Below, in pieces: positions 38,643-50,589 of a stretch of 64,000 nt of DNA. The stretch is from a bacterium (GTDB taxonomy: Bacteria > SAR324 > NAC60-12): contig OZ242383.1 of the NCBI GenBank assembly GCA_965209155.1, positions 3,712,001-3,776,000 of the forward strand, in the 5' to 3' direction. The translations under genes and the position numbers were made by a program. The number at the start of each line of letters is the position of its first letter. Position 1 is the first letter of the stretch. The notes under the pieces were generated by a model, which saw only the letters and a program-made list of their open reading frames with translations, was not told where the DNA came from and ran no database searches.

Positions 38643-40631
38643 ATGTCACAAAAGGATGATGTGGACAGTTTGTGGGAAGATCAAAAAGCAAAACCGTACC
38701 TGAATGATCCGCTGCAATTGCGGGTCTATACATCCCGACTGCTTGGGCGGGAAGCCGCATTGGTATTGCATGGGGGAGGCAACACGTCTCTCAAAATGGA
38801 AATCCGTGATTGGTTTGGAGAACCAGAAAGCGTCCTGTACGTCAAGGGAAGCGGGAAAGATCTGGCATGCATCGATGCTGAAGGATTTGTACCCCTGAAA
38901 TTAGAGGTATTGCAGCGAATGGCGATGCTTGAAAGTCTCACGGACAGGCAAATGCTCGACATTCAAAAAACGGCCATGATGAGGGCCAATGCGCCGGAAC
39001 CCTCCGTTGAAGCCATTTTGCATGCCATCATCCCCTTCAAATATGTGGATCATACCCATGCGGATGCGGTTTTAACGATCACCAACACCGTGCGTGGAGA
39101 AGAATTGATTCGGAAAATATATGGAGATCGGGTATTGATCGTGCCCTATGTCAAGCCGGGATTTGCTTTGGCAAAGAAAATCCACCAGATAACGAAAAAT
39201 CTGGATTGGAAAACTCTGGATGGTTTGATTTTGATGCACCATGGCATATTCACTTTCCACGATGACGCTCGTGAATGCTATGAAAAGATGATTTATTTGG
39301 TTTCCGAAGCGGAGGCATATCTTTTATTGGAAGGTGCGTGGGATTCGATAGCAACAGCCCCTGCTCGAGAAAACCTGGTGCATTTGGCTCGGATACGCTA
39401 TGCGGTGTCAAAAGCGAAAGGAAGCGCGATGCTGGCAATGCAAGACAATAGTCCGGAAGCCTGCGGCTTTGCGAGTCTGCCCGATATTGAGACGATCGCA
39501 ACCCAAGGTCCCCTCACACCGGATCATGTCATTCATACAAAACGAATTCCATTGATCGTTGAAGAAAAACCGGAAGATGACGTTCTTCATTTTGTAGAGG
39601 CCCACGAAGCTTATTTTGCAAGACACGATGATGGGAGTCACCATTGTCAGTCTCCCGAACCACGATGGGCGATTTGGCCTGATCACGGCATCATCAGCTT
39701 TGGATGTGATATAGAAGCGGTGCGAACCACCGCGGACATTGCCAGTCATACGATTTTAGCTATTCAACGCGGACTGGCTTTGGGAGGATGGCGAACGTTG
39801 CAGGAAAAAGACGTATTCGCAGTCGAGTACTGGGATCTGGAACAGGCTAAATTACGGCAAAAACAAAACTTTCGGGAGTTAACCGGAAAAATCGCCATCG
39901 TGACCGGAGCTGCGAGTGGAATCGGAAAAGAGTGTATGAGAGCTCTTCTCGCGCATGGAGCTGTTGTCGCTGCAGTGGATATCAATCCTGCTATCCAGCA
40001 AGAAATTCAGCAAAGTGGCACCCTGGGAATTGCATGTGATCTCAGACGAGAAGAAGCCTTGAGGGATATGGTACAAAAGGTCATTCGTAATTTTGGTGGT
40101 CTGGATATCTTGATCAGCAATGCCGGTATATTCCCCGAAAGCCAAACTATCGAGAAAATGGATTCCGACCTTTGGAACCGTAGTCTGGAAGTCAATCTGA
40201 CCAGCCATCAACGATTGATTCAATTTTGTCTGCCTTACTTGAAATGGGGTCTTGACCCGAGTGTCGTAATCATTGCTTCCAAAAACGTCATTGCTCCTGG
40301 TCCAGGAGCGTCCGCTTATTCGGTTGCTAAGGCCGGATTGACTCAATTGGCCCGAGTGGCTGCCCTGGAATATGGCGCATCGGGTATCCGAGTGAACGTA
40401 ATTCATCCCAATGCGGTTTTTGATACCGGACTCTGGACTGAAGAGTTGTTGAAAAAACGAGCGCAGTACAATCAGATGAGTTTGAAAGAGTATAAAACCA
40501 ATAATATTCTTGGCGTAGAAGTCACCTCTAAAGACGTCGCGGCTTTAGCTTGCGCGATGGCGGGTAGCGTTTTTGCAAAAACGACAGGTGCTCAAGTTCC
40601 GGTCGATGGCGGTAATGCGCGAGTTATCTGA
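38643..40631 (+). CDS. Bifunctional class II aldolase / short-chain dehydrogenase (RhaEW-like)
   Basis: LVLHGGGNTS, PSVEAILH, DHTHAD, HHGI, then TGAASGIG and YSVAK. Confidence 0.9.
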   Translation: MSQKDDVDSLWEDQKAKPYLNDPLQLRVYTSRLLGREAALVLHGGGNTSLKMEIRDWFGEPESVLYVKGSGKDLACIDAEGFVPLKLEVLQRMAMLESLTDRQMLDIQKTAMMRANAPEPSVEAILHAIIPFKYVDHTHADAVLTITNTVRGEELIRKIYGDRVLIVPYVKPGFALAKKIHQITKNLDWKTLDGLILMHHGIFTFHDDARECYEKMIYLVSEAEAYLLLEGAWDSIATAPARENLVHLARIRYAVSKAKGSAMLAMQDNSPEACGFASLPDIETIATQGPLTPDHVIHTKRIPLIVEEKPEDDVLHFVEAHEAYFARHDDGSHHCQSPEPRWAIWPDHGIISFGCDIEAVRTTADIASHTILAIQRGLALGGWRTLQEKDVFAVEYWDLEQAKLRQKQNFRELTGKIAIVTGAASGIGKECMRALLAHGAVVAAVDINPAIQQEIQQSGTLGIACDLRREEALRDMVQKVIRNFGGLDILISNAGIFPESQTIEKMDSDLWNRSLEVNLTSHQRLIQFCLPYLKWGLDPSVVIIASKNVIAPGPGASAYSVAKAGLTQLARVAALEYGASGIRVNVIHPNAVFDTGLWTEELLKKRAQYNQMSLKEYKTNNILGVEVTSKDVAALACAMAGSVFAKTTGAQVPVDGGNARVI

Positions 40632-40666
40632 ATGCAGTGGAACCAATGCCGACAAAGGAGATTCTT

Positions 40667-41278
40667 ATGAAACGACGTACTTTGATTCAATCCATTTTAG
40701 TTTTCCTCTTGATGGGTTTTGGATTGAGACCCAAGGAAAGCCAAGCAGCAGTTCGATATCCTAAAACCCCCAGGGATGGAGAAGGTCCTTATTATCCAAT
40801 TCAGAGGCGAAATGATGAAGATTTTGATTTGGTGCATGTGGATGGTCAATCCGGAATAGCAAAGGGGCATGTTTTGAATTTACGTGGAAAAGTGATTGAT
40901 GAAACCGGGGTTCCTCAAAATGAGGCCATTGTTGAAATCTGGCAGGCGGACTCTCGAGGGAGATACAACCATCCTCGAGATTTCAAGACAGGACGGAGGG
41001 ACCCGAATTTTCAGTATTGGGGAAAATCCACGGTACAAGCAGATGGGGTATATTTCTTTAAAACAGTAATCCCCAGCGCCTATTCCGGTCGTCCGGCTCA
41101 CATTCATTACAAAGTATGGATCAAAGGTGAAACGCGCCTCACCAGCCAGATTTATTTTAAAAATCACCCACAAAACGAGGACTCGGGATTTCATGCGGAA
41201 CAAGCACCATTGCAGGTTATCGAATTGAAACCCGCGAAAAATAATGAATTTGAGGGCTTTTTTCAGATTGTTTTATAA
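40667..41278 (+). CDS. Intradiol ring-cleavage dioxygenase family protein with a Tat-like signal
   Basis: AAGGAG RBS; MKRRTLI...hydrophobic...AA; EGPYY, EIWQADSRGRY, RPAHIHYKV. Confidence 0.85.
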   Translation: MKRRTLIQSILVFLLMGFGLRPKESQAAVRYPKTPRDGEGPYYPIQRRNDEDFDLVHVDGQSGIAKGHVLNLRGKVIDETGVPQNEAIVEIWQADSRGRYNHPRDFKTGRRDPNFQYWGKSTVQADGVYFFKTVIPSAYSGRPAHIHYKVWIKGETRLTSQIYFKNHPQNEDSGFHAEQAPLQVIELKPAKNNEFEGFFQIVL

Positions 41279-41367
41279 ATTGGAAAGATACGTCGATTGT
41301 CAGATTTTGATAGTGTGAGGAAGAACAAGAAAGAAGGTGGCTAAGCGTTGGTAGGATCGTAATAAAT

Positions 41368-41667
41368 TTATCCATCCAGGAACTCACCTCCTTCGATGCT
41401 CCGTGAAAGTAATTTTCGTTTATTATTAAAATCCATCCGTACTAGTATCCGGTTGGGACATCGGCTTCCGATTATTTCTTTATTCAAGAAATAAGAGATT
41501 TTACCCGATGGATTAAAATCCTGCGCCAAACCGGTGTGCTCATCAATAAAAAGATTGAATTCTTCGTCGCATTTACCACAGCGGACCTTCAAAAAAAATC
41601 CAGGTCTGGGAGAGGTTTGGATCTCGGAAAAAAAGAAATCAAATATTTTTTTTAACAAAACACTCAT
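41368..41667 (-). CDS. Hypothetical protein with CxxC motif
   Basis: VRCGKCDE...KEIIGSRC...SIEGGEF; start taken at MSVLL. Confidence 0.6.
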   Translation of the reverse strand: MSVLLKKIFDFFFSEIQTSPRPGFFLKVRCGKCDEEFNLFIDEHTGLAQDFNPSGKISYFLNKEIIGSRCPNRILVRMDFNNKRKLLSRSIEGGEFLDG

Positions 41668-41704
41668 TTTTAAAGAATCATTCGAACAATAGATGGTCTG
41701 AATT

Positions 41705-42466
41705 CTATCCTCTTCCCACAAAGGGCATTTTGGTCGCCATCACGGTCATAAACAGCACGTTGGCATCCAAGGGGAGATTTGCCATGTATATGACGGCCTG
41801 AGCTACATTTTCCGGGTCCATCGTTGGTTCGACAGCGGTGGAACCATTTGCCTGGAGGGCACCATTTTCCATATTTGCTGTCATATCCGTCATTGCATTG
41901 CCAATGTCGATTTGTCCACATGCGATATCAAAATTGCGACCATCCAGGGAGGTTGACTTGGTCAGCCCCGAAATTCCATGCTTGGTGGCCGTGTAAGGGG
42001 CGGAATTCAATCTTGGTACTTGAGAAGAAATGGAACCATTGTTGATAATTCGACCTCCTTGGGGATCCTGATTTTTCATATACCTGAATGCTTCTCGCGT
42101 ACATAGGAAAGATCCCGTCAAGTTGATGTCGACAACGGTTTTCCATTGCTCATAAGTAAGATCTTCCATGGGAACCGGAGGAGCTCCTGTGCCCGCGTTG
42201 TTGAACAATAGATCGATTCGACCGAAACGTTCTTTCGTTTTGGCAAACAATTTTTGTACGGATTCTGGTTCAGATACATCCACGGGCATTGTCAAAACTC
42301 GTGATTGATTTGGTCCTGCTTCCTGCAAAGCTGTTTCGAGAGGCTCTTTACGGCGACCCGCCAAGGTGACGCAATATCCTTCTCTTAAAAGAGCAAAGGC
42401 GCTATGCTTACCAATACCAGTGCCTCCTCCTGTTATAATTGCAACTTTATTGGGTGAATTCATCAT
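41705..42466 (-). CDS. SDR family oxidoreductase
   Basis: [27 protein letters not shown]. Confidence 0.93.
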   Translation of the reverse strand: MMNSPNKVAIITGGGTGIGKHSAFALLREGYCVTLAGRRKEPLETALQEAGPNQSRVLTMPVDVSEPESVQKLFAKTKERFGRIDLLFNNAGTGAPPVPMEDLTYEQWKTVVDINLTGSFLCTREAFRYMKNQDPQGGRIINNGSISSQVPRLNSAPYTATKHGISGLTKSTSLDGRNFDIACGQIDIGNAMTDMTANMENGALQANGSTAVEPTMDPENVAQAVIYMANLPLDANVLFMTVMATKMPFVGRG

Positions 42467-42706
42467 GCTCTCTCCATATTCGAGGTTGAATTGACTTCCA
42501 GATAGTCAACTGTCAGACAAACCGTTTTTGTCCACGTCTTCAAATAACACATAGGAAATGATTTTTTAACGGCTTCTATCTGGAATCGCAATATTTTATG
42601 GGTTCTGCGTTGTTTTACCAACAGAAATTTATAAAGATAGTAGCTTATAACGGCGTCAAATATCTCATACCTCCTCGTAAACTATGGAAAAAAATCTTTT
42701 CATAGT

Positions 42707-42894
42707 CAGGACAAGATGTAACAATTCATTTCCGATTGAAATGGTTCACCAGGTTGTACGCCAATGCGTTTTCTCGAGCGTGGTGTAAGTCGTCGAGGAC
42801 TACTCAGGTACGCGTGGAATGACAACACATCCTTGAAGGGGAGACAAGCTATCGGACCAGTACATCCTCCGGAGAACCCGGACAACCAGTCCTG
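42707..42894 (+). ncRNA. Candidate 6S RNA-like rod-shaped RNA
   Basis: 188 nt. Nested stems caggac/gtcctg, gatgta/tacatc, tccgat/atcgga, gttgt/acaac, atgcgt/acgcgt, gtggt/actac, with G-U on the + strand. GACAACACATCCTTGAA resembles the 3' motif of E. coli 6S as I recall it. Confidence 0.45.
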
Positions 42895-42981
42895 CAACGG
42901 GTATCTTTTCAGAAAGACGAAAATATTGCTTCTTTTTCAATCTGGCATGCATTTATGCATGCTCATCAAAGGACCAGATTC

Positions 42982-44676
42982 GTGAGTAAATCTGAAGCCA
43001 CAAATACTGCTGATTTCATCCGGAATATCATCGAGGAGGATGTGAAGGCCGGAAAGAACGGAGGCAGGGTGATCACTCGTTTTCCACCTGAACCCAATGG
43101 CTTCCTCCATATCGGACACGCCAAGACCATCTGTTTGAATTTTGGCCTGGCAGTCGAGAAGGGAGGCCATTGCTTCCTCAGGTTCGATGACACCAACCCT
43201 GGTAAGGAAAGTAGGGAATACGTCGAAGCCATCAAGGAGGATATACGATGGCTTGGTTTTGATTGGGAAGGTCGACTGCGTTTTGCTTCCGATTATTTTG
43301 AGCAGCTTTATGCTTGTGCGATTACCCTCATTAAAAAAGGTAAAGCTTATGTGTGCAGTCTGACTCCCGAGAAAATTCGTGAATATCGCGGAACCTTACG
43401 CGAACCTGGAAGAGATAGTCCCTACCGTGATCGTAGCGTAGAAGAAAATCTGGATCTCTTTGAGCGAATGCGGGCAGGTGAATTCCAGGACGGCGCTCAT
43501 GTGCTGCGCGCTAAAATCGATATGGTATCTCCCAATCTCAATATGCGGGATCCCACAATTTATAGAATTCGCCGCATGTCCCACCATCAAACCGGAGACT
43601 TCTGGGTAATCTACCCCATGTACGATTTCACCCATTGCCTTTCTGATTCCATAGAAGGGATCACCCACTCTTTATGCACCTTGGAATTTGAAGACCACCG
43701 TCCCCTCTACGATTGGTTTCTGGATGAATTGGAAACAGATTGTCATCCTCGTCAAATCGAGTTTTCCCGACTCTATTTGGAATACACGCTGATGAGCAAA
43801 CGCAAGATGATCGCATTGGTAGAGAATGGGCACGTGCATGGATGGGATGACCCAAGAATGTGGACCCTGGCTGGTTTTCGGCGTAGGGGCTATACAGCAA
43901 AATCTATCCGGGATTTTTGCAAGCGCATCGGAATTTCCAAAAGTGAATCCATAACGGAAATCTACGTTTTGGAAGATTGCCTTCGTCAGGAACTGGAGGA
44001 AAAGGCCGAGAGGGTATTGGGAGTCTTATACCCATTGAAGGTGGTCATTGAAAATTTTGAGGAAAATCAAGTAGAAGAACTCGATGCGCGTTTTCATCCG
44101 AATGACGAGACAATGGGAACTCGTATCCTCCCATTTACCAAAGAACTATATATCGATCGTAGCGATTTTGAAGAAAAACCACCCGCCGGGTATAGACGCC
44201 TTTCTCCCGGAAGAGAAGTGCGACTCCGTTATGGATATGTGATTCGCTGTGATCGGGTGATCAAGGACGAAAGAGGAAAAGTACTCGAATTGCGTTGCAA
44301 CTATGATCCGGAGACTTTGGGAAAAAAACCGATAGGACGCAAAGTCAAGGGAGTTATTCACTGGGTTTCGGCAATACATTCCTTTGAAGCGGAGGTGCGC
44401 CTTTATGACCGACTCTTTCTCGACAAAAATCCGGCAGATAGTGAGTTAACCGACCTTTCCAACATGATCAATCCTCACTCCCTGCAAATCGTAAAGGGTT
44501 GTTTGGAAAAAAGCTTACGAGGAGCAAAACCCGGAGAGCGCTTTCAGTTCGAGAGAACAGGATATTTCTATGTGGACCCGATTGATTCACAAGAAAATGC
44601 TCCGGTTTTTAATCGAATCGTAACCTTGAGGGATTCCTGGAGCAGAAAAGATTCAACTTCTGTCCGGAGCATTTAA
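42982..44676 (+). CDS. glnS: Glutamine--tRNA ligase
   Basis: [56 protein letters not shown] start assumed. Confidence 0.97.
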   Translation: MSKSEATNTADFIRNIIEEDVKAGKNGGRVITRFPPEPNGFLHIGHAKTICLNFGLAVEKGGHCFLRFDDTNPGKESREYVEAIKEDIRWLGFDWEGRLRFASDYFEQLYACAITLIKKGKAYVCSLTPEKIREYRGTLREPGRDSPYRDRSVEENLDLFERMRAGEFQDGAHVLRAKIDMVSPNLNMRDPTIYRIRRMSHHQTGDFWVIYPMYDFTHCLSDSIEGITHSLCTLEFEDHRPLYDWFLDELETDCHPRQIEFSRLYLEYTLMSKRKMIALVENGHVHGWDDPRMWTLAGFRRRGYTAKSIRDFCKRIGISKSESITEIYVLEDCLRQELEEKAERVLGVLYPLKVVIENFEENQVEELDARFHPNDETMGTRILPFTKELYIDRSDFEEKPPAGYRRLSPGREVRLRYGYVIRCDRVIKDERGKVLELRCNYDPETLGKKPIGRKVKGVIHWVSAIHSFEAEVRLYDRLFLDKNPADSELTDLSNMINPHSLQIVKGCLEKSLRGAKPGERFQFERTGYFYVDPIDSQENAPVFNRIVTLRDSWSRKDSTSVRSI

Positions 44677-46473
44677 TCAACGTCCTCCTTCATAAAACGA
44701 GCGCAACAAGCGACTACGAGTGGGATGCCGGAGTTTGCGAAGCGCCTTGGCTTCAATTTGACGAATGCGCTCTCGAGTCACATCAAAATCTTGCCCGACT
44801 TCTTCCAACGTATGGTCTTTCTTTTCATCAATACCAAATCGCATGCGTAACACTCGTTCTTCTCGAGGAGTCAAGGTACTCAAGGCATAACGAGTCAATT
44901 CGCTGAGATTGGAGTAAGAGGTAGCATCCCCTGGATTACTCGACTTCTCATCGGCAATAAAATCTTTCAATTGCGAATCTTCATCGTCCCCTATTGGCGT
45001 ATCCAGAGAAATTGGCTCTTTGGCGATTTTCAGCACTTTACGTACTTTATTGAGGGGCATTTCCATGTTTTTTGCCAGTTCTTCCGGAGTGGGCTCGCGA
45101 CCGTATTCCTGGACCAGGGCTCGAGATGTCCGGGACAGCTTATTGATCGTCTCGATCATATGGACCGGAATGCGAATCGTGCGCGCTTGATCCGCAATGG
45201 CCCGGGTTATCGATTGACGAATCCACCAAGTGGCATAGGTGGAAAATTTGTAGCCTCGTCGATATTCAAATTTATCCACGGCTTTCATCAGTCCAATATT
45301 CCCCTCCTGGATGAGATCGAGAAACTGCAATCCCCGGTTGGTATACTTTTTGGCAATGCTGATTACCAAACGCAGATTTGCTTCCACCAACTGACTCTTG
45401 GCCAATTTGACCTTGCGTTCAGCGGCTTTGAGGCGTTTCACCTCTTCCTGAAATTGAGGCCAGGAAAGAGCGGTTGCTTGAATCATGGAATCGATACGAT
45501 TCTGGCAGGCTTGGATTTTTTCAAAAACACGTCGCGCAATCTTGAAACCGCAGCCGCTTTTCGTTTCAATTTTTTCAGCAATTTTGTTCTTTTCTACAAT
45601 ATCATCGCTTTTACACCACATTTCAAAAAGATATTTGGCTTCTGAACGAGCGATTCGGAAATTTTTTGAATATAATTCTAATTGTTTAAAAGTGAGATCG
45701 ATCTTATTTTTATGCTTGAGCATCACATTGCCCATGATTTCCACCTGCCTGGAATTGTAATTGATGCTCCTTGTCAAACTCTCGATCTGCTCCTGCAATT
45801 CCCTGGCTTTCCTCTTCTCCATATCGCTTAACCGGCTTCCGCTGGCTCGGATTTGCTGAAGTTCCTCATAGTGGTCTTGAGCTTTTGCCAGGACATTGAT
45901 CACCCGTTTACCGGCAGCCGCTTCATCATCGATGACGTTGTCATCGTCATCCAAACCTGAAACAATATGACGTGCCCGCAAAGTACTCTGTCGCAATTTC
46001 TTGGACAATTCAAACAGGTAGGTAATCACCAGGTTGGATTGAGAAAAAATTTCAATCAGTTCATGCTGCCCCTCCTCTATCCTTTTGGCGACATCCACTT
46101 CACCGTCTCGATTCAAGAGTTCAATGCCTCCCATTTCCCGCAGGTACATTCGCACCGGATCGTCTGTGGAATTATCGATGCCTGGTTCCAGATCCAACTC
46201 GTCCTTGTTTTCCAGGTACAGACTTTTTTTCTCTTTGGTCAGGATGATGTTTTTTGTGGAATCGACTACTTCGATATCCATTTCGGTTAAAATATCGAAA
46301 ATGCGTTCCAACTGGTCGGGATCGGGGGTATCCTTGACTAAATGAGCGTTGATTTCATCGAGCGTGATAAACCCTTTTTCTTTTCCTTCCGCAATCAGGT
46401 CTTTAATCAACTTTGCCCGGTTTTTCGGAGTACGTGCTGTTTCGGCAATGGACTGCGCACCTTGTTTTCTCAT
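44677..46473 (-). CDS. rpoD: RNA polymerase primary sigma factor
   Basis: [71 protein letters not shown]. Confidence 0.98.
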   Translation of the reverse strand: MRKQGAQSIAETARTPKNRAKLIKDLIAEGKEKGFITLDEINAHLVKDTPDPDQLERIFDILTEMDIEVVDSTKNIILTKEKKSLYLENKDELDLEPGIDNSTDDPVRMYLREMGGIELLNRDGEVDVAKRIEEGQHELIEIFSQSNLVITYLFELSKKLRQSTLRARHIVSGLDDDDNVIDDEAAAGKRVINVLAKAQDHYEELQQIRASGSRLSDMEKRKARELQEQIESLTRSINYNSRQVEIMGNVMLKHKNKIDLTFKQLELYSKNFRIARSEAKYLFEMWCKSDDIVEKNKIAEKIETKSGCGFKIARRVFEKIQACQNRIDSMIQATALSWPQFQEEVKRLKAAERKVKLAKSQLVEANLRLVISIAKKYTNRGLQFLDLIQEGNIGLMKAVDKFEYRRGYKFSTYATWWIRQSITRAIADQARTIRIPVHMIETINKLSRTSRALVQEYGREPTPEELAKNMEMPLNKVRKVLKIAKEPISLDTPIGDDEDSQLKDFIADEKSSNPGDATSYSNLSELTRYALSTLTPREERVLRMRFGIDEKKDHTLEEVGQDFDVTRERIRQIEAKALRKLRHPTRSRLLRSFYEGGR

Positions 46474-46499
46474 TGGAATCTTCCTCCTCGAATGGGGAT

Positions 46500-48275
46500 T
46501 TATCGCTGTGGTAAAAATTGAGTGAGCGCTTCCTTTTGCTTTCGAAATTCTCTTCCTGCTTCGAAGCGCTCTTCATCGGTCTTCAGAGTTGTATCCTTCT
46601 CATCATATTGCGCCTTCAAATGTCGTTCTTTGACGCGACGGATCCAACGCTTGAGCTCCAATTCCCGCACCTCCTGAGTCGCCATTTCCAGATCCTGGGG
46701 TAACTCCTCCATATAAAGCTCCATCAGTTGGACAAAATGTTCGGGAAACCAACGCTCCAATTCTTCTATACGAATTTTTTGAAATTCTTCAATCGAAAAT
46801 TGAAGCAGTTGTTCATATATATGACGAAAAAGTGGTGTGCGAAATTCAATGACATGCAAATATTCCCGTACGAACGCCATGGGGGCTCTGAGATGCAGCA
46901 ATACTTGTAAAATCCTTTTTTCATCTTGATCTTCAGTCGCCTTCGGAATATCAGAATTTAAACTTTTTATTCTACCACGTTGTTTCAGATTATACAAAGT
47001 ATTTTCTGCTCTTTTTAAAATATCTTTTTCACTGATGTGGGTCGATTCCGCCAGGTAAGAAATGGCCAGATTGCGTATCATTTCGTCTTGAATCGCTACA
47101 ATCAAAGGTAACAGTTCTTCGATTGCTTTTATACGTCCTTGCACATGGCGATCGTGTTTATCAAGGCATTGCTGCACCAGGTATTCAAAGACGGGGATAT
47201 CTTGTTGTAATAATTTCGAAAATTTTTCAGTTCCATGCTTTAACAAGAACGAATCGGGGTCTTCCTCAGGGGGCAAAACAACGATGGTTGCGTCCATTTT
47301 GCTCGATAGAAGCAGAGGACAACTTCTCCAGGCGGCTTCTTTCCCGGCTTGATCTCCGTCCAGAAGTAGTAAGATTTTTTCGGAATAGCGTTGGGCAAAG
47401 CGCAAATGCTCGGCAGTCAATGACGTTCCGCAGGTAGCTACAGCATGCTTGAAACCACATTCATGAAGGCGGATTACGTCCAGGTAGCCTTCAACCAGAA
47501 TAATCTGTCTTTTTTGTTTGATGACGTCTTTTCCTTCAAAAAAGCCGTATAGGGTTTGGCTTTTATGATAGTATTTCGATTCAGCGCTGTTCAAATATTT
47601 CGGTTGCTGTTCCTTGTCGAGAGCGCGAGCACCAAAAGCGATGCAACGGCCTTGAATATCCCGGATGGGGAAAATGACACGATTGCGAAATGTATCAAAA
47701 GGTAGATCGGATTTTTGTGAGCGTTTAATCAATCCGGCCTCCAGGAGTTCTTTTTGAGTGAATCCTTGCCTGCTTAAATGTAAAAAAAGAATCTGCCATT
47801 CCTCGGGTACGAACCCCAACTGAAAGGTTTGCCAGCTGTTGGCAGGAATGGCACGTTTTTTCAAATATTCCCGGCCTGGATTGACAGTCGATTGCTGCAG
47901 GATGAGGGAATGGTAAAATTTTGAGGCAGCGCGCAATGCTTGCAGGATGCGATCCTCAGATTTCGTTTTGGTCGAAGAGCTCTTTTCCAGGGGAATGCCA
48001 AAACGATTCGCCAATTCGGTGACTGAATCGACAAAAGACAATTTGTCATATTCCCTGACGAAATGGATTGCATCTCCTCTCTTACCACAGCCAAAACAAT
48101 AAAAAAAACCTCGTTGTGGATTGACAGTGAATGAAGGTGTTTTTTCATTATGGAAAGGGCAAAGAGCCTTGTAGTTCGCACCCGTGCGCTTCAATTGAAT
48201 GCCACGGTCCGATAAGACGGACAATATGTCGGCAGCTTGTAAAATTTTTTCAATGAAATCGGCGCTGAAATTCAT
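46500..48275 (-). CDS. dnaG: DNA primase
   Basis: [11 protein letters not shown] zinc finger, PKYLNS, VEGYLDV, LDGDQAG, DPDSF. Confidence 0.97.
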   Translation of the reverse strand: MNFSADFIEKILQAADILSVLSDRGIQLKRTGANYKALCPFHNEKTPSFTVNPQRGFFYCFGCGKRGDAIHFVREYDKLSFVDSVTELANRFGIPLEKSSSTKTKSEDRILQALRAASKFYHSLILQQSTVNPGREYLKKRAIPANSWQTFQLGFVPEEWQILFLHLSRQGFTQKELLEAGLIKRSQKSDLPFDTFRNRVIFPIRDIQGRCIAFGARALDKEQQPKYLNSAESKYYHKSQTLYGFFEGKDVIKQKRQIILVEGYLDVIRLHECGFKHAVATCGTSLTAEHLRFAQRYSEKILLLLDGDQAGKEAAWRSCPLLLSSKMDATIVVLPPEEDPDSFLLKHGTEKFSKLLQQDIPVFEYLVQQCLDKHDRHVQGRIKAIEELLPLIVAIQDEMIRNLAISYLAESTHISEKDILKRAENTLYNLKQRGRIKSLNSDIPKATEDQDEKRILQVLLHLRAPMAFVREYLHVIEFRTPLFRHIYEQLLQFSIEEFQKIRIEELERWFPEHFVQLMELYMEELPQDLEMATQEVRELELKRWIRRVKERHLKAQYDEKDTTLKTDEERFEAGREFRKQKEALTQFLPQR

Positions 48276-48502
48276 GATTCTATTTCTGCCATCAAAAAAT
48301 GTGTTCTGCCAGTTAAAAAACGTATCCGTTCTCTTTGCTGATTTTCAAAGGAATACAAACTTTGTTGTTGCAATGCAACGATCATCGGCAAATGATTGAT
48401 TTTTTAGTTCTTTGTCTTGAGTTTTCTCTGTTACTATCGCCATAGTATTTTCCTGCAAGGGTTGCGCTTCACCAAAGTTGAAATAATCAATTCTGAAAAT
48501 CC

Positions 48503-49024
48503 ATGGTTACATTCAACATACATTCTTTAAAAGAAATGATGGTTGCAGGCAAGCTGATTGGAAACCATTTATTTCCGGGAGCCATCGTGTTGCTGTCGGG
48601 TGACTTGGGTACTGGAAAAACTGCTTTGGCAAAAAGCATTTGTTCCGCATTGGGCGTAAATCCCGATATAGTGATTTCCCCGACATACACCATTGTGAAT
48701 ATTTACGAAGGAATGTGGCCAATCTGTCATGTGGATCTTTTTCGTCTCTCCTCTCCCAAGGAATTGGAAGATTTCGACTGGGATGAATTGGTCAGTGAGA
48801 AAGGCGTTACTCTGGTCGAATGGCCCGAAATCCTGCAATCTTTTCTGACCAACGAACCACAGCTTTGGATCAGTTTGCAGTCATTGTCCGGTACGATTCG
48901 GAATCTGGAAATCCGGACGGAACAAAATCATTTCAAGTCTCTTTTCAAGGCTTTTGATCACTATGAACATGCTCACGCTGAACACGGCTTTTTTCGACGT
49001 GGCAATCAGTTTGACAAAAAATGA
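48503..49024 (+). CDS. tsaE: t6A biosynthesis ATPase TsaE
   Basis: LSGDLGTGKT, SPTYTIVN, HVDLFRL, LVEWP. Confidence 0.94.
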   Translation: MVTFNIHSLKEMMVAGKLIGNHLFPGAIVLLSGDLGTGKTALAKSICSALGVNPDIVISPTYTIVNIYEGMWPICHVDLFRLSSPKELEDFDWDELVSEKGVTLVEWPEILQSFLTNEPQLWISLQSLSGTIRNLEIRTEQNHFKSLFKAFDHYEHAHAEHGFFRRGNQFDKK

Positions 49025-49616
49025 CGAACTGGTTGCCAATTACTACTCGGTTGGTAACAAACAAAATGAGCAACTGATATTTCAAACTTTAGGGAGTTTG
49101 CTGGACAATGCGCAAATGAGCTTGCAGCAGATCGATTGCTACGTGGTCATCAAAGGTCCGGGTTCTTATACAGGTTTACGGATTGGCATGAGCGTGGCAA
49201 AGACCTTAGGCCAGGTTTATCAGAAGCCGGTGATTGGAGTCACTTCGCTGGAGATGCTTGCATCAATGGCGACTCCTTTGAAAAAACCGTTTTTCGTGTT
49301 GCTAAATTGCGCTCGTTCAGAAATTTTTTATGCCCGCTTTCAATTCAAATCCGGTAAAGTGTTCCAACAAACGGAAATTCAATTGACAACCCTTGAATCT
49401 CTTCGACAGCATTTGAATGGGGAGCCTGTGGTGCTGAAACGCTTGGTGACTCGAAATAGATTATTCGATACGCTTTTTGAACATCTTCCCCGCCATACTC
49501 TGCAATATCCCATAGCCGATGGATATCCCCTTTTGAAGTTGGGTTTTGAGTACTACCAGAAGTATGATGGCAATTTCCCCATCGTCAATCCCCTCTACGT
49601 TAAAAAAGACGTATGA
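48963..49616 (+). CDS. tsaB: t6A biosynthesis protein TsaB
   Basis: GPGSYTGLRIG, PVIGVTSLE, C-terminal PLYVK; follows tsaE. Confidence 0.9.
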   Translation: MNMLTLNTAFFDVAISLTKNDELVANYYSVGNKQNEQLIFQTLGSLLDNAQMSLQQIDCYVVIKGPGSYTGLRIGMSVAKTLGQVYQKPVIGVTSLEMLASMATPLKKPFFVLLNCARSEIFYARFQFKSGKVFQQTEIQLTTLESLRQHLNGEPVVLKRLVTRNRLFDTLFEHLPRHTLQYPIADGYPLLKLGFEYYQKYDGNFPIVNPLYVKKDV

Positions 49617-49737
49617 GAATTCGGAGATAGTTTTCGCAAACGGTTGCCGCTGGGCGCGGGGGCGATTCCAAAATATGACCTTTATGGCTATATTTTCACA
49701 AATCACTTTTTGTTTCCGCTCCGTAGTCGACCAGCGA

Positions 49738-50571
49738 TTGGTATGGAAATTCTCGAGAATTCTTATCGTTGGAATATTTATCAGTATGACTATCTTAGTT
49801 TCTTGTGGGCGACGTACCCCTCCCCGTCCGATTATACCATCTCCCACTTTTGTTGAATTGGAAGCGATGCAACGTGGGGAGCACGTCCGTCTTTCCTGGG
49901 TGATGCAGGATGGCATTTTTCGAGAAAGTGGTACGCAGATTTTTCTCATTGAAGAAATGGAACTCGATCCCCAGTGTATTTCTTGTCAACCTGAACTGGT
50001 ACGCGTCCAAAGTCTTCCCTTTCCTTCTCGTCATTTCGTTGTGGAGAGAGGAAGAGTCTTTTTTCGGTCTGTGTTGAAGAAAGATCTGAAAATGCATATA
50101 TTCAAAGTCACTCATCAAAATCGGGAAGGAAACGATTTGAGTGAGTCTCAAGCCGTTCATTTCCCGCAGTTTGTGGATTTTCCTCCACTTCCAATGCTAG
50201 AGTGGAATCAGTTGCCCATTGATTCATTTCCAGTATTAAAGGATTTATCAGAAAAGCTCCCCACAAGTCTCGAAGAAATTCAACTGCTGCGATTTTCCTG
50301 GCAATCCCCGCAAGAAAAAATCAAATTTTATTTTCCCAATCAAAAAACAGTGGCTCAACGTCCGGTTTTTTATCGAGTCAACCTCTACAGGAGATTGCCA
50401 GGTCAAGCATGGTCGGAACATCCAGTCAATATGAAACCCATTGCAGAAAATTTCTATATTGGATATCAGGAAAAAAGCGAACCTGAATATTTGTATCAGA
50501 TCAGGTTGGTGGATTCTCGAGGAAACGAAAGCGCTCCGTCTATCACTTATTCCATTCCTTCATCACGATAA
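49738..50571 (+). CDS. Hypothetical lipoprotein, possibly fibronectin-type-III-like; start uncertain
   Basis: Lipobox LVSC-GRRTPPRP; VRLSW; C-terminal YLYQIRLVDSRGNESAPS. Confidence 0.65.
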   Translation: MVWKFSRILIVGIFISMTILVSCGRRTPPRPIIPSPTFVELEAMQRGEHVRLSWVMQDGIFRESGTQIFLIEEMELDPQCISCQPELVRVQSLPFPSRHFVVERGRVFFRSVLKKDLKMHIFKVTHQNREGNDLSESQAVHFPQFVDFPPLPMLEWNQLPIDSFPVLKDLSEKLPTSLEEIQLLRFSWQSPQEKIKFYFPNQKTVAQRPVFYRVNLYRRLPGQAWSEHPVNMKPIAENFYIGYQEKSEPEYLYQIRLVDSRGNESAPSITYSIPSSR

Positions 50572-50589
50572 CATTTTCAATATTTCCAA

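Noticed and set aside
42700..42981. T-box leader for glnS
   Set aside because: No T-box consensus (GGTGGNACCGCG) or specifier-stem motifs were seen.
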